Shown: piece after piece, positions 40,885 to 53,364 of the stretch
Layout: each line of letters begins with the position of its first letter
Numbering within the stretch: the stretch's first letter is position 1
NCBI RefSeq assembly: GCF_006345805.1
Contig: NC_043008.1
Span: 24,552,001 to 24,616,000, forward strand
Direction of reading: 5' to 3'
Origin: Octopus sinensis
Lineage: Eukaryota
Length of the DNA stretch: 64,000 nucleotides
Made by a program: the position numbers and the translations under genes
Notes under the pieces: model-generated
Told to the model about the DNA's origin: nothing
Database searches by the model: none
What the model saw: the letters and a program-made list of their open reading frames with translations, nothing else

Positions 40885-41444
40885 TTCAATTAGAGGTTAT
40901 ATTAGCCTCAGTAAGGGATGGTATCATCCAATGAATAGCTGGTTTAATACCTAATATTGGTTGGGAATAATGATATTCATAAAACAATAGGTTTATATAT
41001 AAATCATGGTTTATAATTATTCAAAAGAAAGTAAGAAAAAGGAGATATAGCATTTGATAAAAATTTATTATCTGCAAAAATCAAACATGGTCCCTTACAG
41101 ATCCACCAATTAGGCCTAATAGATTAAATAGTAATTAACATAATGATTATATTAGGCAAAATTTCTTCAGAGGGTTGAGAAAAGAAATACCGTTAGCTTT
41201 TTTAATGTTGTATTTTAGAATTATTACAGCAGACTCAGTGATTCTAAAATATAACACTTAAAATACAACATTTAAAAACAAAAAGGTTTATCTTTTTTCT
41301 GCTCCTCTGAAGAGAGTTTGCCTAATTTAATGATTTTAACAATTACTATTTAATCCATTAAATCTAATTGAAACAGTTGTAAGGAACCGTGTTTGATGCT
41401 TCCAGATAATAAATTATGTTATATCTTCATTTTCTTACTTTCTT
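40885..41444. repeat. Fold-back element (palindrome ~41025-41444, centre ~41230) with tail on the left arm
   Basis: Arms pair over ~200 bp (attaggcaaa..cttcagagg..aatgttgtattttagaat and its reverse complement); adjoins (TA)n. Confidence 0.8.
41303..41385 (+). ncRNA. Hammerhead motif in the right arm (partner on the - strand ~41087-41172)
   Basis: TCCT-CTGAAGA...GAAA-C(AGTT)G-TA-AGGA; the partner arm has CCCT/AGGG stem I and a good stem II but has lost GAAA. Confidence 0.62.
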
Positions 41445-42059
41445 AAAAGTTAAATAGAGAGCTACAAATGACAATCCAATAATTTACATATATTATAATA
41501 TAATATAACATACTATGAATATAATATAACATAAACAATTATTTTAAACACCCTAAAAAACCAACAATTTGTTTCGTCTTTTTTGTGTATGTATGTATAG
41601 AGTGTCTGAGGTGGTGTACAGATATTGTACATCAAGAATAAATAGTAGTCGGAGTTTTGGACAATTCTTTATTAGCAACGCCATCTGGCCAAGCTTCTAC
41701 TGAGTTGATAAAGATAATGACCCACAAAGTAGGCCACAGATATTGTGTCGTATAGCCAACTAGAAACTATGCTTCTTGGGGCTAAAACAATAGTAACATC
41801 GACCCTTGCAGGACAGCCACATTATGTTGGCAAATAGCCTTTACTTTATTCATATATATATATAATTGTTAAAGAGGATAACAAACGTTAAGGCAAGGCA
41901 AACATCTCAAAGTTATATGCATCCGTAATGTTTAAGGGATTTCATTGTTTACTGGCTTTCAAACCCTGGTGTGAAAGGCTCATCTGGATAATGGTGGTTG
42001 TTTTAGTAGTACTGTTGAATATATTTATTTTCGTTTAGGATCTAGAACTTTCATAAATT

Positions 42060-43130
42060 ATTCTTTACCTTTCATAGTTGATTATTTTCTTCCTATATTT
42101 TTTTAATAAAACGAATTTTGATTTTTGCTTATCAACTCTAAGCTGATATATTTAATTTTATATTGTTTGAACGATATTATTATAACTCCATTGTGGTCAT
42201 GTTACGCAGCAAAGAATAGTTTTGATAACCATCAATTCTTTCTCGTTCTTCAATGTTTTGTTTTGTTCTGTTCCGTTATTTAACACGTCCAACATCAGGA
42301 GTTGCTACGTGTCGTTTCCTACACTATTTCTTCTTTTAATATGCTTGTCTTTGAATGTTGATAACTTTTTTGAAATTTAAAAATTAGTGTAGAACCGGAA
42401 GGGAAGTTATCGTTTGGTTGAATGTAAAACGTTATGGTTTTCAGTATTATGGGTAAATATAAATACCATGCTTAGTGTTTTGGTTTTCGTTTTCGCCTTC
42501 ATTGTGGAGTCTTCTCTTGAGATAAAAATGGGAAATTTTTTTGCTTTGGTTATGGAATTATTTACAAAGTTTGTATTTTTGCTCCCGGAGGAATATGTTT
42601 TAGTTGTATCACAATGAGATCAAGCTCAAACTAGAGGAATTTCAGGAGCTGGAAACACACTCTGCCTACAATCCACACCTTACAACATTAATTTACCACA
42701 TTTCCCGAGCCATGGCTCATATACTTCACCAATGAGGATGAGACTGAAAATGGCATTTTTTGCCTCTAAAACAGCCTAATATTGTAAGTATGGAATTGAG
42801 ATTCTGGAACAACAATGGCACCGGACAATAGAATTTGATCTTTCTCGTATATAATTTGTTTAAGCTATTAAAGCTTGAAATACAAAAACGCTTTTGAATC
42901 CGCCTCGTAGGCGTTGAGATGTTAAACATTGACAAAAGTCATCTTGGCATTGATTGACAAGGCTGAAAATTGTTATACATATCCATTTAACATTCATCTT
43001 ATTAAATGCTCTTTGTCTGATATCAACAAATAATTAGAGGAGCTTTTATATATGTCCAAATAATTTCATCATCACCACACAATCTCCATTTCGTTCAGTT
43101 TAAACAATTTATTATTTTTGATATGTCTGC
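42060..43130 (-). mobile_element. Old PLE remnant (RT thumb to endonuclease end, internally deleted)
   Basis: NNSITKAKKFPI..KTKTLSMVFIFTHNTENHN; ..RFIKKY at the C-terminus. Confidence 0.55.
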
Positions 43131-43475
43131 TCGCGGGTATTTGTCTTCGAGTAGCAATTTTGTTTGTGTGTGGATGGACACGGAAGGGTTTCAAGTAATC
43201 AGTTTTGGCTTTGTGGGAATAAAATGAAATTCAAATAATATATATTTGCTGCTTCTCGTACACGAGCTAATTGTTATTTCTTATTTCTCCTATAGTGTTA
43301 CAAAGTAGAAAGTGATTGATTTTAATAACAATCATCACCATACCGCGCGCATATGTTTGTGATGCATGTGCCTGGTGTATGCTTATCGGACGGGGTAGTC
43401 ATGATGGGTATATTGGGCTACTTATATATGTACCCCAATTAACTTTTTTGGCATGCATTACTCGCTTAGTCACTC

Positions 43476-43515
<40 letters not shown>

Positions 43516-43527
43516 TAATAATAATAA

Positions 43528-45085
43528 TAGTGATGACATCAGAATGCAATTTGGCCTCGATAAATGTGCAAAAGCTACCTTTATCAAAGGAAATATGACG
43601 GAAACATCTAACGTTAACCTTGACCAGCAGCATGTCATAAAAAGTTAGACCCAGCGAAGAGCTACAAGTACCTTGGGTAATTGAAGGGGACGGAATAAGG
43701 CATTCAGTGATGAAAGAAAAGATCAGGATAGAATGTTATCGCAGAGTAAGAGCAATACTCAAGACAGAGCTGAATGCGAGAAACAGGATCGAAGCGATCA
43801 ATGCTTTAGCTATACTAGTCGTGACTTACAGTTTCAGTATCGTTAACTGGTCAATTACTGAAATATGTAATCTTGACAGAAAAATACGAAGACTGTTGAC
43901 AATGCATAGAATGCACCACCCTAAGGCAGATATAGAACAGCTTTATCTGCCAAGAAAAGCGCGAGGCCGTGGACTTTAACAACTGGCAATAACAATGAAG
44001 ATTGCTACAATTAGCCTTGACACCTACCTGAAAAACTCCGAGGACTGGATGTTAAAACTTGACTCAAAACATGAAAACAAGAAAGCATCATACTCAATAA
44101 CAAAACAGGCAAAGGAATATCTAAGTGAATTCCGAATACAACAAATTTCAGAATTAGACATACAAGAAACAAGCACAAAAAAATCTAAGCGCATGAAAAC
44201 CCGTGCTAAAACTGCTGCCTTAGATATTCTGAATGATAAATGGCAAGAAAAACCTCTCTATGGCAAATACCCAAAGAGAGCGAGTAATGCAGATGTTGAC
44301 AAAGTACTGACCCATCAATGGCTAATGGCCTCTGGCTTAAAATCTGAAACAGTAGGGTTTATCATAGCAGCTCAAGATCATTGCCTACCAACAAGGAACT
44401 ACCAGGTCAACATATTAAAGAACGGCAGTAGCCCAACATGTCGTGTATGTCAACGACAAAATGAAACCATTGATCATGTTGCCTCCAAGTGCAGTCTTCT
44501 TGCGCCTACAGAGTATCTCAACAGGCATGATAGAGCTGCACAATATATTCACTGGATAATTTACAAAAGCCTGGACTTGTCCCATGATAAAAACTGGTGG
44601 GAACACAAACCACCTCCAGTGCTTTAAAATGACCACATCTTACTCCTCTGGAACTTCACCATTCAAACTGACAGAAAGATAGATGCAAATATAAAGATCT
44701 TGAAATAGATCTCAGCAAAATGTGGAACCTGAAGACTAAAACAATACCTGTTGTCATAGGTGCCCTGGGAATGATAGCAAAAGGGGCTGATTGCTACCTA
44801 ACTCAAATACCAGGAAACCCAAAGACGGCAGAAATTCAAAAGATAGTGCTCATGGGAACTGCTCATATCCTACGCAAAATACTTTCTATGTAATCTCAAG
44901 GTTTAAAACAAACATAATTTCCGTATGCTTTTTTTAGACATTCACTAGTACAACACTAAATATAAAACCAAATATATGGCACACTAGGCATAACAACAAC
45001 ATGAACCTCCATTTTCATGCCTCTTGAGGTCTCTGGTTGAGACTTGGAGCCAACTTGTACAAATGTAAAGCAAAAGTCAAACATA

Positions 45086-45086
<1 letters not shown>
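43528..45086 (+). mobile_element. R4/Dong-clade non-LTR retrotransposon, 5'-truncated, in (AAT)n
   Basis: MQFGLDKCAK..YKYLG..ECYRRVRAILKTELNARN..RMHHPKADIEQLYLPRKARGRGL..CRVCQRQNETIDHVASKC..RHD..IQKIVLMGTAHILRKILSM*; flanked by (AAT)n on both sides. Confidence 0.92.
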
Positions 45087-45133
<47 letters not shown>

Positions 45134-45201
45134 TGATGATGATGATGATGATGATAATAATAATAATAATAATAATAATATAATAATAATAATAATAATA
45201 A

Positions 45202-46594
45202 TAGAAAATAAAAAAGAATATTATAGACGAGTTAGATCAATACTAAAAACAGAGCTCAATGCTAAAAACAAGATAATATGTATCAACACATTAGCTGTCC
45301 CAGTTATAAGTTACAGCTACAATATCCTTAACTGGACACGAAATGAACTGACCAAAATAGATAGGAAAACAAGAAAAGTAATGACAGGATCTAGGATGCA
45401 TCACCCAAAATCTGACATAGAAAGACTATATATACAACGTATAGAAGGTGGTAGAGGCCTTATACAGCTGGAAAACTACTATAAAATAACCACCATAGGA
45501 CTGCAAAAATATCTACTTCAGAAGGAAGGAAAACTGATCCAGATAGCGGCAAAACACGAGCAAAACAAAAAACTGTTCTCAGTATTTAAGGAAGCTGACA
45601 AATACAAACAAGAAATCATACCAACTAATAAACATGAAGAAGAAGAAGAAGAAGAAGAAGAAGATGAAGAAACAACAAAAGCTATAAAACAAATGAAATC
45701 CAAACTAAAAATAGAACAGCAACGAACCATGATAAAACGATGGCAAGAAAAGCCCCTTCATGGTAAATACTGGACTAAACTAAACGCAAAAGAAATAGAC
45801 AAAGAAAAATCCCAGCAATGGTTGAGAAGCTCAGGACTCAAAGCAGAAACAGAGGGATTTTTAAGACCAAAGCCTCCCCACCAGAAATTACCAAAAACAT
45901 GTAATGAAAAGAAATATTACAAGTAACTGCAGAATATGTGGAGATGGACAAGAAACAATAAATCATATTATCTCTAGCTGCCCAGTCCTGGCTAAGAAGG
46001 AATATATTCACAGACATGACAGAGTTGGAACCTACATACATTGGAAGCTATGCCAACATTATGGAATAACAAGAGAAAAAAGATGGTATAGGCACACACC
46101 AGAAAAGGTCACAGAAAACGAGAAAGCAATCATACTCTGGGATATGCCGATACACACAGATAGAGAAATTAAGGCCAACAGACCAGATATAGTTGTCAGA
46201 GATCATGAAGAAAAAAAATGCTTTCTAATTGATGTATCAATACCGGCAGATGACAACGTGTCTCTAAAAGAAATGGAGAAACTCTCAAAATACAAAGACC
46301 TGGAAATAGAGGTAACTAGAATGTGGAATCTGAAAACAGAAACAATTCCTATCATAGTAGGTGCATTAGGCATGATAAAAAAATATTCAGACAAATACAT
46401 AACAAAAACACCAGGACTTACAAACACATATAACATACAGAAAATTGCACTACTAGGCACCGCACACATCCTACGCAGAACACTTTCCATACAATAACCA
46501 TCAGAGCATCACAACAAATCACAGCACATACCCAAGGCACACAGAGCTGCGCTCGGTTGTGAAGTGAAAGCACGCTATAAAAATAAAACTACTG
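45202..46594 (+). mobile_element. R4/Dong-clade LINE, 5'-truncated, best-preserved copy
   Basis: ORFs 45381-45926 and 45904-46497: HHPKSDIERLY, CRICGDGQETINHIISSC (CCHC), RHDRV, NRPDIVV..LIDVSIP..EKLSKYKDL (restriction-like endonuclease); (AAT)n on both sides. Confidence 0.95.
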
Positions 46595-46622
46595 AATAAT
46601 AATAATAATAATAATAACAATA

Positions 46623-46755
46623 ATGCCCTGGTGCAGAACCAATGCCCTGATGCAGTACGGATGCCCTGATGCAGTACCGATGCCCTGATGCAGTACCAAT
46701 GCCCTGATGCAGTACCAATGCCCTGATGCAGTATCAATGCCCTGATCCAGTACTA
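46623..46755 (+). repeat. Seven tandem 19-bp units ATGCCCTGATGCAGTACCA
   Basis: Units at 46623, 46642, 46661, 46680, 46699, 46718, 46737; no spacers; equal to the 5' end of the 560-bp repeat. Confidence 0.95.
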
Positions 46756-47296
46756 AGCAGTGGTTATCGTGGCTCCTGTTCTTAACTGATTGGAAGTGTT
46801 ATCATGTACATTGTTTTGTCTTGGTATAAAAGATGGGCTACAGCAAATATTCTGCTCATTACCAGAGATTTGCTTGTCAGTTGTTTGACCTTAACCAGTT
46901 GAGCATTCCCTTAGAGGCTGACAATATGTGCCTCTCTGATCACGAGCAGAAGTAGTGGGGGCGTATCATAGCTATGTGTTGAGAGGGATTCTTTGTGTTT
47001 GAATAATTCACCTCGGGAAACATGGGTGTTTCGTTCAACATCCTTAAAGAACCCTTATTATTCAGGGATCTTTTCAGCGGGATGGGCTACTCGACCAGAA
47101 GAAAATTCTAACTGGGCCCCACCTGCAAGGACGTGTGCTGTTTATCTTGATATGAGATCACCATGTCGCGCACATATGGTTGTGATGCATGTTCCTAGTG
47201 TACCCTTATTAGACTGGTAGTCATTATGGGTATACTGGGCTTCGTATATTTTACCCCAGTGTCAATTTGATGGGTATGCACTGCTCTCACACTCAA

Positions 47297-47346
<50 letters not shown>

Positions 47347-48531
47347 TACTACTACTACTACTACTACTACTACTAATAATAATAATAATAATAATAAATT
47401 CCCTGATGCAGTACCAGGCAGTGGCTCTCATGGCTTCTGATCTTAACTGATTGGAAGTGTTATCATGTACATTGTTTTGTCTTGGTATAAAAGATGGGCT
47501 ACAGCAAATATTCTGCTCAATACCACAGATTTGCTTGTCAGTTGTTTGACCTTAACCAGTTGAGCATGTCCCTCAGTGGCTGACGATATGTGCATCTCTG
47601 ATCACGAGCAGAAGTAGCGGGGGAGCATCATAGCCATGTGTTGAGAGGGATTCTTTGGGGTTTGAATAATTCACCTCTGGAAACATGGGTGGTTTTTTTC
47701 AACATCCTTAAACAACCCTTATTCAGGGACCGTTTGAGCGGGATGGGCTACTCAACCTGAAGAAAATTCTAACTGGGCCCCACCTGCAAGGTCATGTGCT
47801 GTTTATCTTGATATGAGATCACTATGTCGCGCACATTTGGTTGTGATGCATGTGCCTGGTGTACCCTTATCAGACGGGTAGTCATGATGGGTATATTGGG
47901 CTTCGTATATTTTACCCCAGTGTCACTTTGATGGCATGCACTGCTCTCTCACTCAATAATAATAATAATAATAAATTCCCTGATGCAGTACCAGACAGTG
48001 GCTCTCATGGCTGCTGATCTTAACTGATTGGAAGTGTTATCATGTACATTGTTTTGTCTTGGTATAAAAGATGGGCTACAGCAAATATTCTGCTCAATAC
48101 CACAGATTTGCTTGTCAGTTGTTTGACCTTAACCAGTTGAGCATGTCCCTCAGTGGCTGACGATATGTGCATCTCTGATCACGAGCAGAAGTAGCGGGGG
48201 AGCATCATAGCCATGTGTTGAGAGGGATTCTTTGGGGTTTGAATAATTCACCTCTGGAAACATGGGTGGTTTTTTTCAACATCCTTAAACAACCCTTATT
48301 CAGGGACCGTTTGAGCGGGATGGGCTACTCAACCTGAAGAAAATTCTAACTGGGCCCCACCTGCAAGGTCATGTGCTGTTTATCTTGATATGAGATCACT
48401 ATGTCGCGCACATTTGGTTGTGATGCATGTGCCTGGTGTACCCTTATCAGACGGGTAGTCATGATGGGTATATTGGGCTTCGTATATTTTACCCCAGTGT
48501 CACTTTGATGGCATGAACTGCTCTCTCACTC
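46737..48531 (+). mobile_element. Three tandem copies of a ~560-bp non-autonomous repeat (46737-47294, 47399-47954, 47976-48531) separated by (ACT/AAT)n
   Basis: All start ccctgat.cagtac.. and end ..ctgctct..cactc(aat)n; no ORF; further partial copies at 43336-43475 and 52302-52792. Confidence 0.9.
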
Positions 48532-48544
48532 AATAATAATAATA

Positions 48545-49010
48545 ATAATGAAGGAGATACGAAATAAACATTAACACATGTCCATGGACGGTGTTCTGTC
48601 AGAAAGTAAACGTTGTAAAGGCGGACCCATTAAAAAAAGCGATGGACAGATAATCATAAATATAATGAAATGGTTGGTTTATGATTTACACACTCAGTAG
48701 TGTGTGCAACACTCCTCCTGGAATATACATAAATAAATTCATACAGTAAAAACCCAATAAAATGAACAAAGCCCTCAACATGTGCAATAGAAATCCGATA
48801 CCTCACAGAACACAACCTGCACTGCATAAACAACACACCAATCAAAAACTAATACAACAGAAGACTCAAACTAAACCCCATAACAAAACATACTGATGTA
48901 ATATAATATTCCCGAAAGGGTAAAAAATTAAGCATATACCCCACCAGCACGGCGCGGCAAGTGATGCAATACAAAGTTACCTGAAACTATCAGATGTCGA
49001 AAAATAATGA
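48545..49010 (+). mobile_element. Degenerate 3' end/UTR of a Dong-like LINE
   Basis: gatgcaatacaaagttacctgaaactatcagatgtcgaa resembles the 3' UTR at ~58425-58465. Confidence 0.4.
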
Positions 49011-49079
49011 TGAAAATTGTGACGAACATTATCTTACTTCAGTTTATGAGAGACAAGTCTTTGTGTAGAAACTCTGGTT

Positions 49080-52000
49080 GTAACAGCAGAAATTAGGTTT
49101 GATCTTTAAGAGAAGGCCTCTTTCTCGGCAATGGTTCAGTAAAGGTTGAGACTAACCACAGCAAATATTAGAGTAAGGAGGAGGAATTGGACCAATGAAG
49201 AAAACAGTGCTTCTTAGAACGTGAACCTAAAACAATTGGTTATAGAAAACGGATTTTAACGCTTTAGGTAGAGAAAAGTATGAATAAAGTGATTGACCAG
49301 AGACTAGTATATTAAGCTAATGCTATTAGAAGAAGAAAGTGGATGACAATTAGAGGGAAAAGAGATCTCAAGGGAACTGGAAATGAAAGACCAGGCAGTG
49401 GGAAAGACAAACAATAACATAAATAAAGTTCAAACCCAAGAAAAACCTAAAGACAAAATAATAGTAGCACAACCAATAAAGAAGAAACAACTGACACCAG
49501 AGTTTTAAGTGATTTAAGTGAAGAAGATCAGAAGATTTCTGAGGATTTGCTAGAAGTAATAAGCAAAGAAGTAAGAAAAAGTTTGCCAGCATTAAAGGGT
49601 ACCAACAGAATGAATCTGAAAGATAAGACTAAGAAAGTAGAACCTGTTATGAGTAGGATACATACTAAAAATATAAGAGAATTAACTTATTGGTCTATTC
49701 AGGGGGAGTAGTAGTAACCAGAAGATTAGACATTCCACAAGTAAAGATTAAAAATACAAATGTGAAATAGGAGATTATGAAATAAAGTAAAGACTTTAAG
49801 AAAAAAATCTGAGTAGAATAGAAGTCTGGAAATTGAGCAAGTAAAGAAAGGACACAAGATTTAAATTTCCTCTTGAGAAAAGATATTTAGTCAAAGAGAA
49901 AGGACTTGGGACAGTCACAGAAAAGTTATAGCAGTAGCAGATGAGCTTTCCATATATCAGAAAAGAATATATCAGTATCAACAGAATAGATTATTTGAGA
50001 CAGATCAGAGGTGATTTTATAACCAATAAAGTAGAAGAAAGCACTGAAGATGAGAAACCTAATGAAGCTAGAATGTTCTGGAGAAATATTTGGGATAAGC
50101 CAGTCAAACATAATGGAGAAGCGGTATGGTTAAAGAACCTGAAAGAAGAAATAGGGAGTGAGAAGCTGCCAGATCTAAGACTAACTAGTGCATCAATGAG
50201 TAAAGTATTTGAGAAAATAGCGAAATGGAAGGGCCCAGGACCAGATATGGTTCAAGGGTATTAGTTAATGGAATTTAGTAGGTTACATGAGAAGCTGAGA
50301 GAACAACATCAAGATTGTCTTAGTGGGGGAATAATACCAAATTGGAATGCTAGAAGTAGAACAATACTCCTTATGAAATATAAGAGCAAAGGTAATACAG
50401 CTAGTAATTATAGTCAAATCATTTGCTTACCATTAGTGTGGAAGCTATTAACAGGTATGCTTTCAGAAAACATTTACGAGTACCTTGACAACCAAAATGT
50501 ACTGCCAAAAGAACAGAAAGGTAGCAGGAAGAAGGTTAGAGGTACTCATGATCTGTAATACATAAGCAAAACAGTTTTAAATGAAGTAACATCGAGAAAG
50601 AAAAATCTAACAAAAGCATGGACAGAGTATAAGAAAGTCATGACATGACCCAACACTCATGGATAAGTAAATGTTTGAGTATATTTAGTGTAGCATACAA
50701 CGTAAGAGAATTAAATAGCTTTAGCATGAAGACATGGAAAGTAAATCTCTACTCAGGTAACACAGACTTAGGGAAAGTCAATAGCAAGAGGGAAATTTTC
50801 AAAGGAGACTCGTTATCCCCTTTGATATTTGTCTTATTTTTGATACCCCTCAGTTTAGTATTAAGGAAGGCAAAGACAGGGTATCATTTCAGAAATAGTA
50901 AGGGAAAATTTAACCATTTGCTCAGCATAGATTAGCTGAAGCTTTTTAGTAAGAATAAAAAAGAGATAGATTCCTTAATACAGACTCTAAGGCTCTTTAG
51001 CAAAGATACAGACATGGAAATTGGCATAGATAAATGGGCGAAATTAGGGGACATGTAGTCACCAGTGAAGGCATCCAATTACCACATGACCAGGCATTAA
51101 AATCTTTGAAAAGAGAGAGTTATAAGTATCTAGGAGTATTCGAATCTGATAGAGTACTAACTATAGAAATGAAAACGAAAATTGAGGAGTATATCAGAAG
51201 GGTGAGGAAGCTAATGAAGTCAAAGCTAAATGGTCGGAATCTAGTGAAGGCTGTAAATACGTGGGCAATATCATTACTTAGATACTCACCAGCTTTTGTA
51301 GACTGGACAAAAACTGAATTAGCAAAGCTAGACAGAAGAACTAGGAAGGTATTCCATTTAAATAGAGGACTCCACCCAACAGCAGGAATAGCAAGCTTAT
51401 ACTTACCTAGAAAGCAAGGTAGGTGAAGGTTATTATCAGTAGAAGACTACGTGGAGTTAACTAGTTAGCTAGAGTAGATATAGATTCCTATGTACGCAAT
51501 AATGTAGAAAGTTTATTATGAGCTGCTTGAGTCACAGCTGGACATAGGGAAACCAAAAAACCAAACCTAGTTAAAAAAACAGAAAAAAGAACACAAGTTA
51601 TGTGACTTGCGGGAGAGGGCTTTGATGGTAGATTCCCCAAAATAGTCGCAGCAAATAGTAGTAATGAGACATGGTCATAGTTGCAGAAAGGAAGGCTGAA
51701 AAGGGAGAGAGAAAGTTTATTATTAGCAACACAAATCAAGTATTAAGGACTAATTGGATAAAAGCCAAATTAAACAAAAATCAAGTAGATTCCAAAATGT
51801 AGGTTAGGAAAGCGTTACTCATATAGTAAGTGAATGTAGTATGCTGGCACAGAAAGGATACAAGTAAATATTTGACAAACTAAGGAGAGTAATCCACTCG
51901 GAGTTATGTAGAAAGCTAGGATTTGAATATACTGATAGGTGGTATGAATATGAACCTAGTAAAGTACTACAAGAAAGAAATATGAGATATTGTGGAAATT

Positions 52001-52301
52001 TGAAAATTCAGACTGACAGAGTAATAGATGCTAGAAGGCTTGATTTAGTAGTTGTAAATGAACAGAATAAAAAGTGATAGATAATTGACTTTACAGTCTC
52101 AAATGGTGAAAAACTCAATATGCGAGGTATAGAAAAAATAGCAAATTACTAGTATCTAGCCATTGAATTACAGAGACTATGGAACCTGCGGGTAAAATGC
52201 ATCTCAGTAGTTATAGGGTCATTAAGATCTATCTCTAAAGATTTGGACAGATGGAAAGAGGAAACAGGCATAAAACTCAGTTTAGTACAACTCCAGAAAA
52301 C
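49080..52301 (+). mobile_element. R4/Dong-clade LINE, near full-length but heavily degenerate
   Basis: N-terminal RNWTNEEN..QRL..IRRRKWMT; WKGPGPDMVQGY; RSRTILLMK..ICLPLVWKLLTG; EQKG; IFKGDSLSPLIF; YKYLG; C-terminal IGSL..LQKTV. Confidence 0.9.
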
Positions 52302-52792
52302 AGTGTTATCATGTACATTGTTTTGTCTTGGTATAAAAGATGTGCTGCAGCAAATATTCTTGTCAGTGCCACATATTTGCTTGTCAGCTGTTTGACCTTA
52401 ACCAGTTGAGCGTGTCCCTACGTGGCTGAGGATATGGGCATCTGTGGTAACGAGCAGAAGTAGTGGGGGAACATCATAACCATGTGTTGAGAGGAATTCT
52501 TTGGGCTTTGGATAATTCACCTCTGGAAACATGGGTGTTTCGTTCAACATCCTTGGAAAAACCTTGTTCAGGGACCTTTTCAGCGGGATGGCTAACTCGA
52601 ACTGAAGAAAACACTAACTGGAGCCCGCCTGCAAGATCATGCGCTGTTAAATGAGATCACCATGTCCTGCACATATGGTTGTGATGCATGTGTCTGGTGT
52701 ACCTTTATCGGCCGGGTAGTCATGATGGGTATACTGGGCTTCGTATATTTTACTCCAGTGTCACTTTGATGGCATGAACTGCTCTCTCACTC
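52302..52792 (+). mobile_element. 5'-truncated copy of the 560-bp repeat fused to the LINE
   Basis: Joins at the AGTGTTA microhomology; ends in (AAT/GAT)n. Confidence 0.85.
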
Positions 52793-52929
52793 AATGATAA
52801 TAATAATAATAATAATAATAATAATATAATAATAATAATAATAATAATAATGATGATGATGATGATGATGTTGATGATGATGATGATGTTGATGATGATG
52901 ATAATAATAATAATAATAATAATAATGAC

Positions 52930-53002
<73 letters not shown>

Positions 53003-53004
53003 TA

Positions 53005-53190
53005 TGCGATACGGAAGAAAGGAAAGTCGATAGATATAACAGATTAGCTTGGGAGTTTAAGCAGTTGTGGTTGCAGAAAAAGCTGGTAGTAGAATCAATA
53101 GGAGCCCTGGGAACATAGGTGCTGCAATAAGGATGGAGCACTTGGAGCCGCTCGAATACTCCGGAAGGTGCTCGAAAAATAACAGATGTT
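53005..53190 (+). mobile_element. Very short Dong-like 3' fragment
   Basis: EERKVDRYNRLAWEFKQLW..IGALGT..LGAARILRKVLEK*, directly after (AAT)n. Confidence 0.75.
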
Positions 53191-53255
53191 ACCTTAGTTC
53201 ACTGGAAGTGAACAGCTGACACCGTAGTACATCTCCAGCGCTAGAAACTGTGCAA

Positions 53256-53324
<69 letters not shown>

Positions 53325-53364
53325 ACATTTTCTTCTCTAGGCACAAGGCCTGAAACAATTGAGC

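Noticed and set aside
41940-42000. Hammerhead on the minus strand (CAGATGA..GAAA)
   Set aside because: The core has U4>A, and no consistent stem II/III or NUH site could be assigned.
46623-46755. CRISPR-like array
   Set aside because: Head-to-tail 19-bp units with no unique spacers, eukaryotic context and no cas genes.
47399-47470. HDV-like ribozyme at the 5' end of the 560-bp repeat
   Set aside because: I could not build P1/P3/P1.1 with a CC-containing L3 and a proper J4/2.
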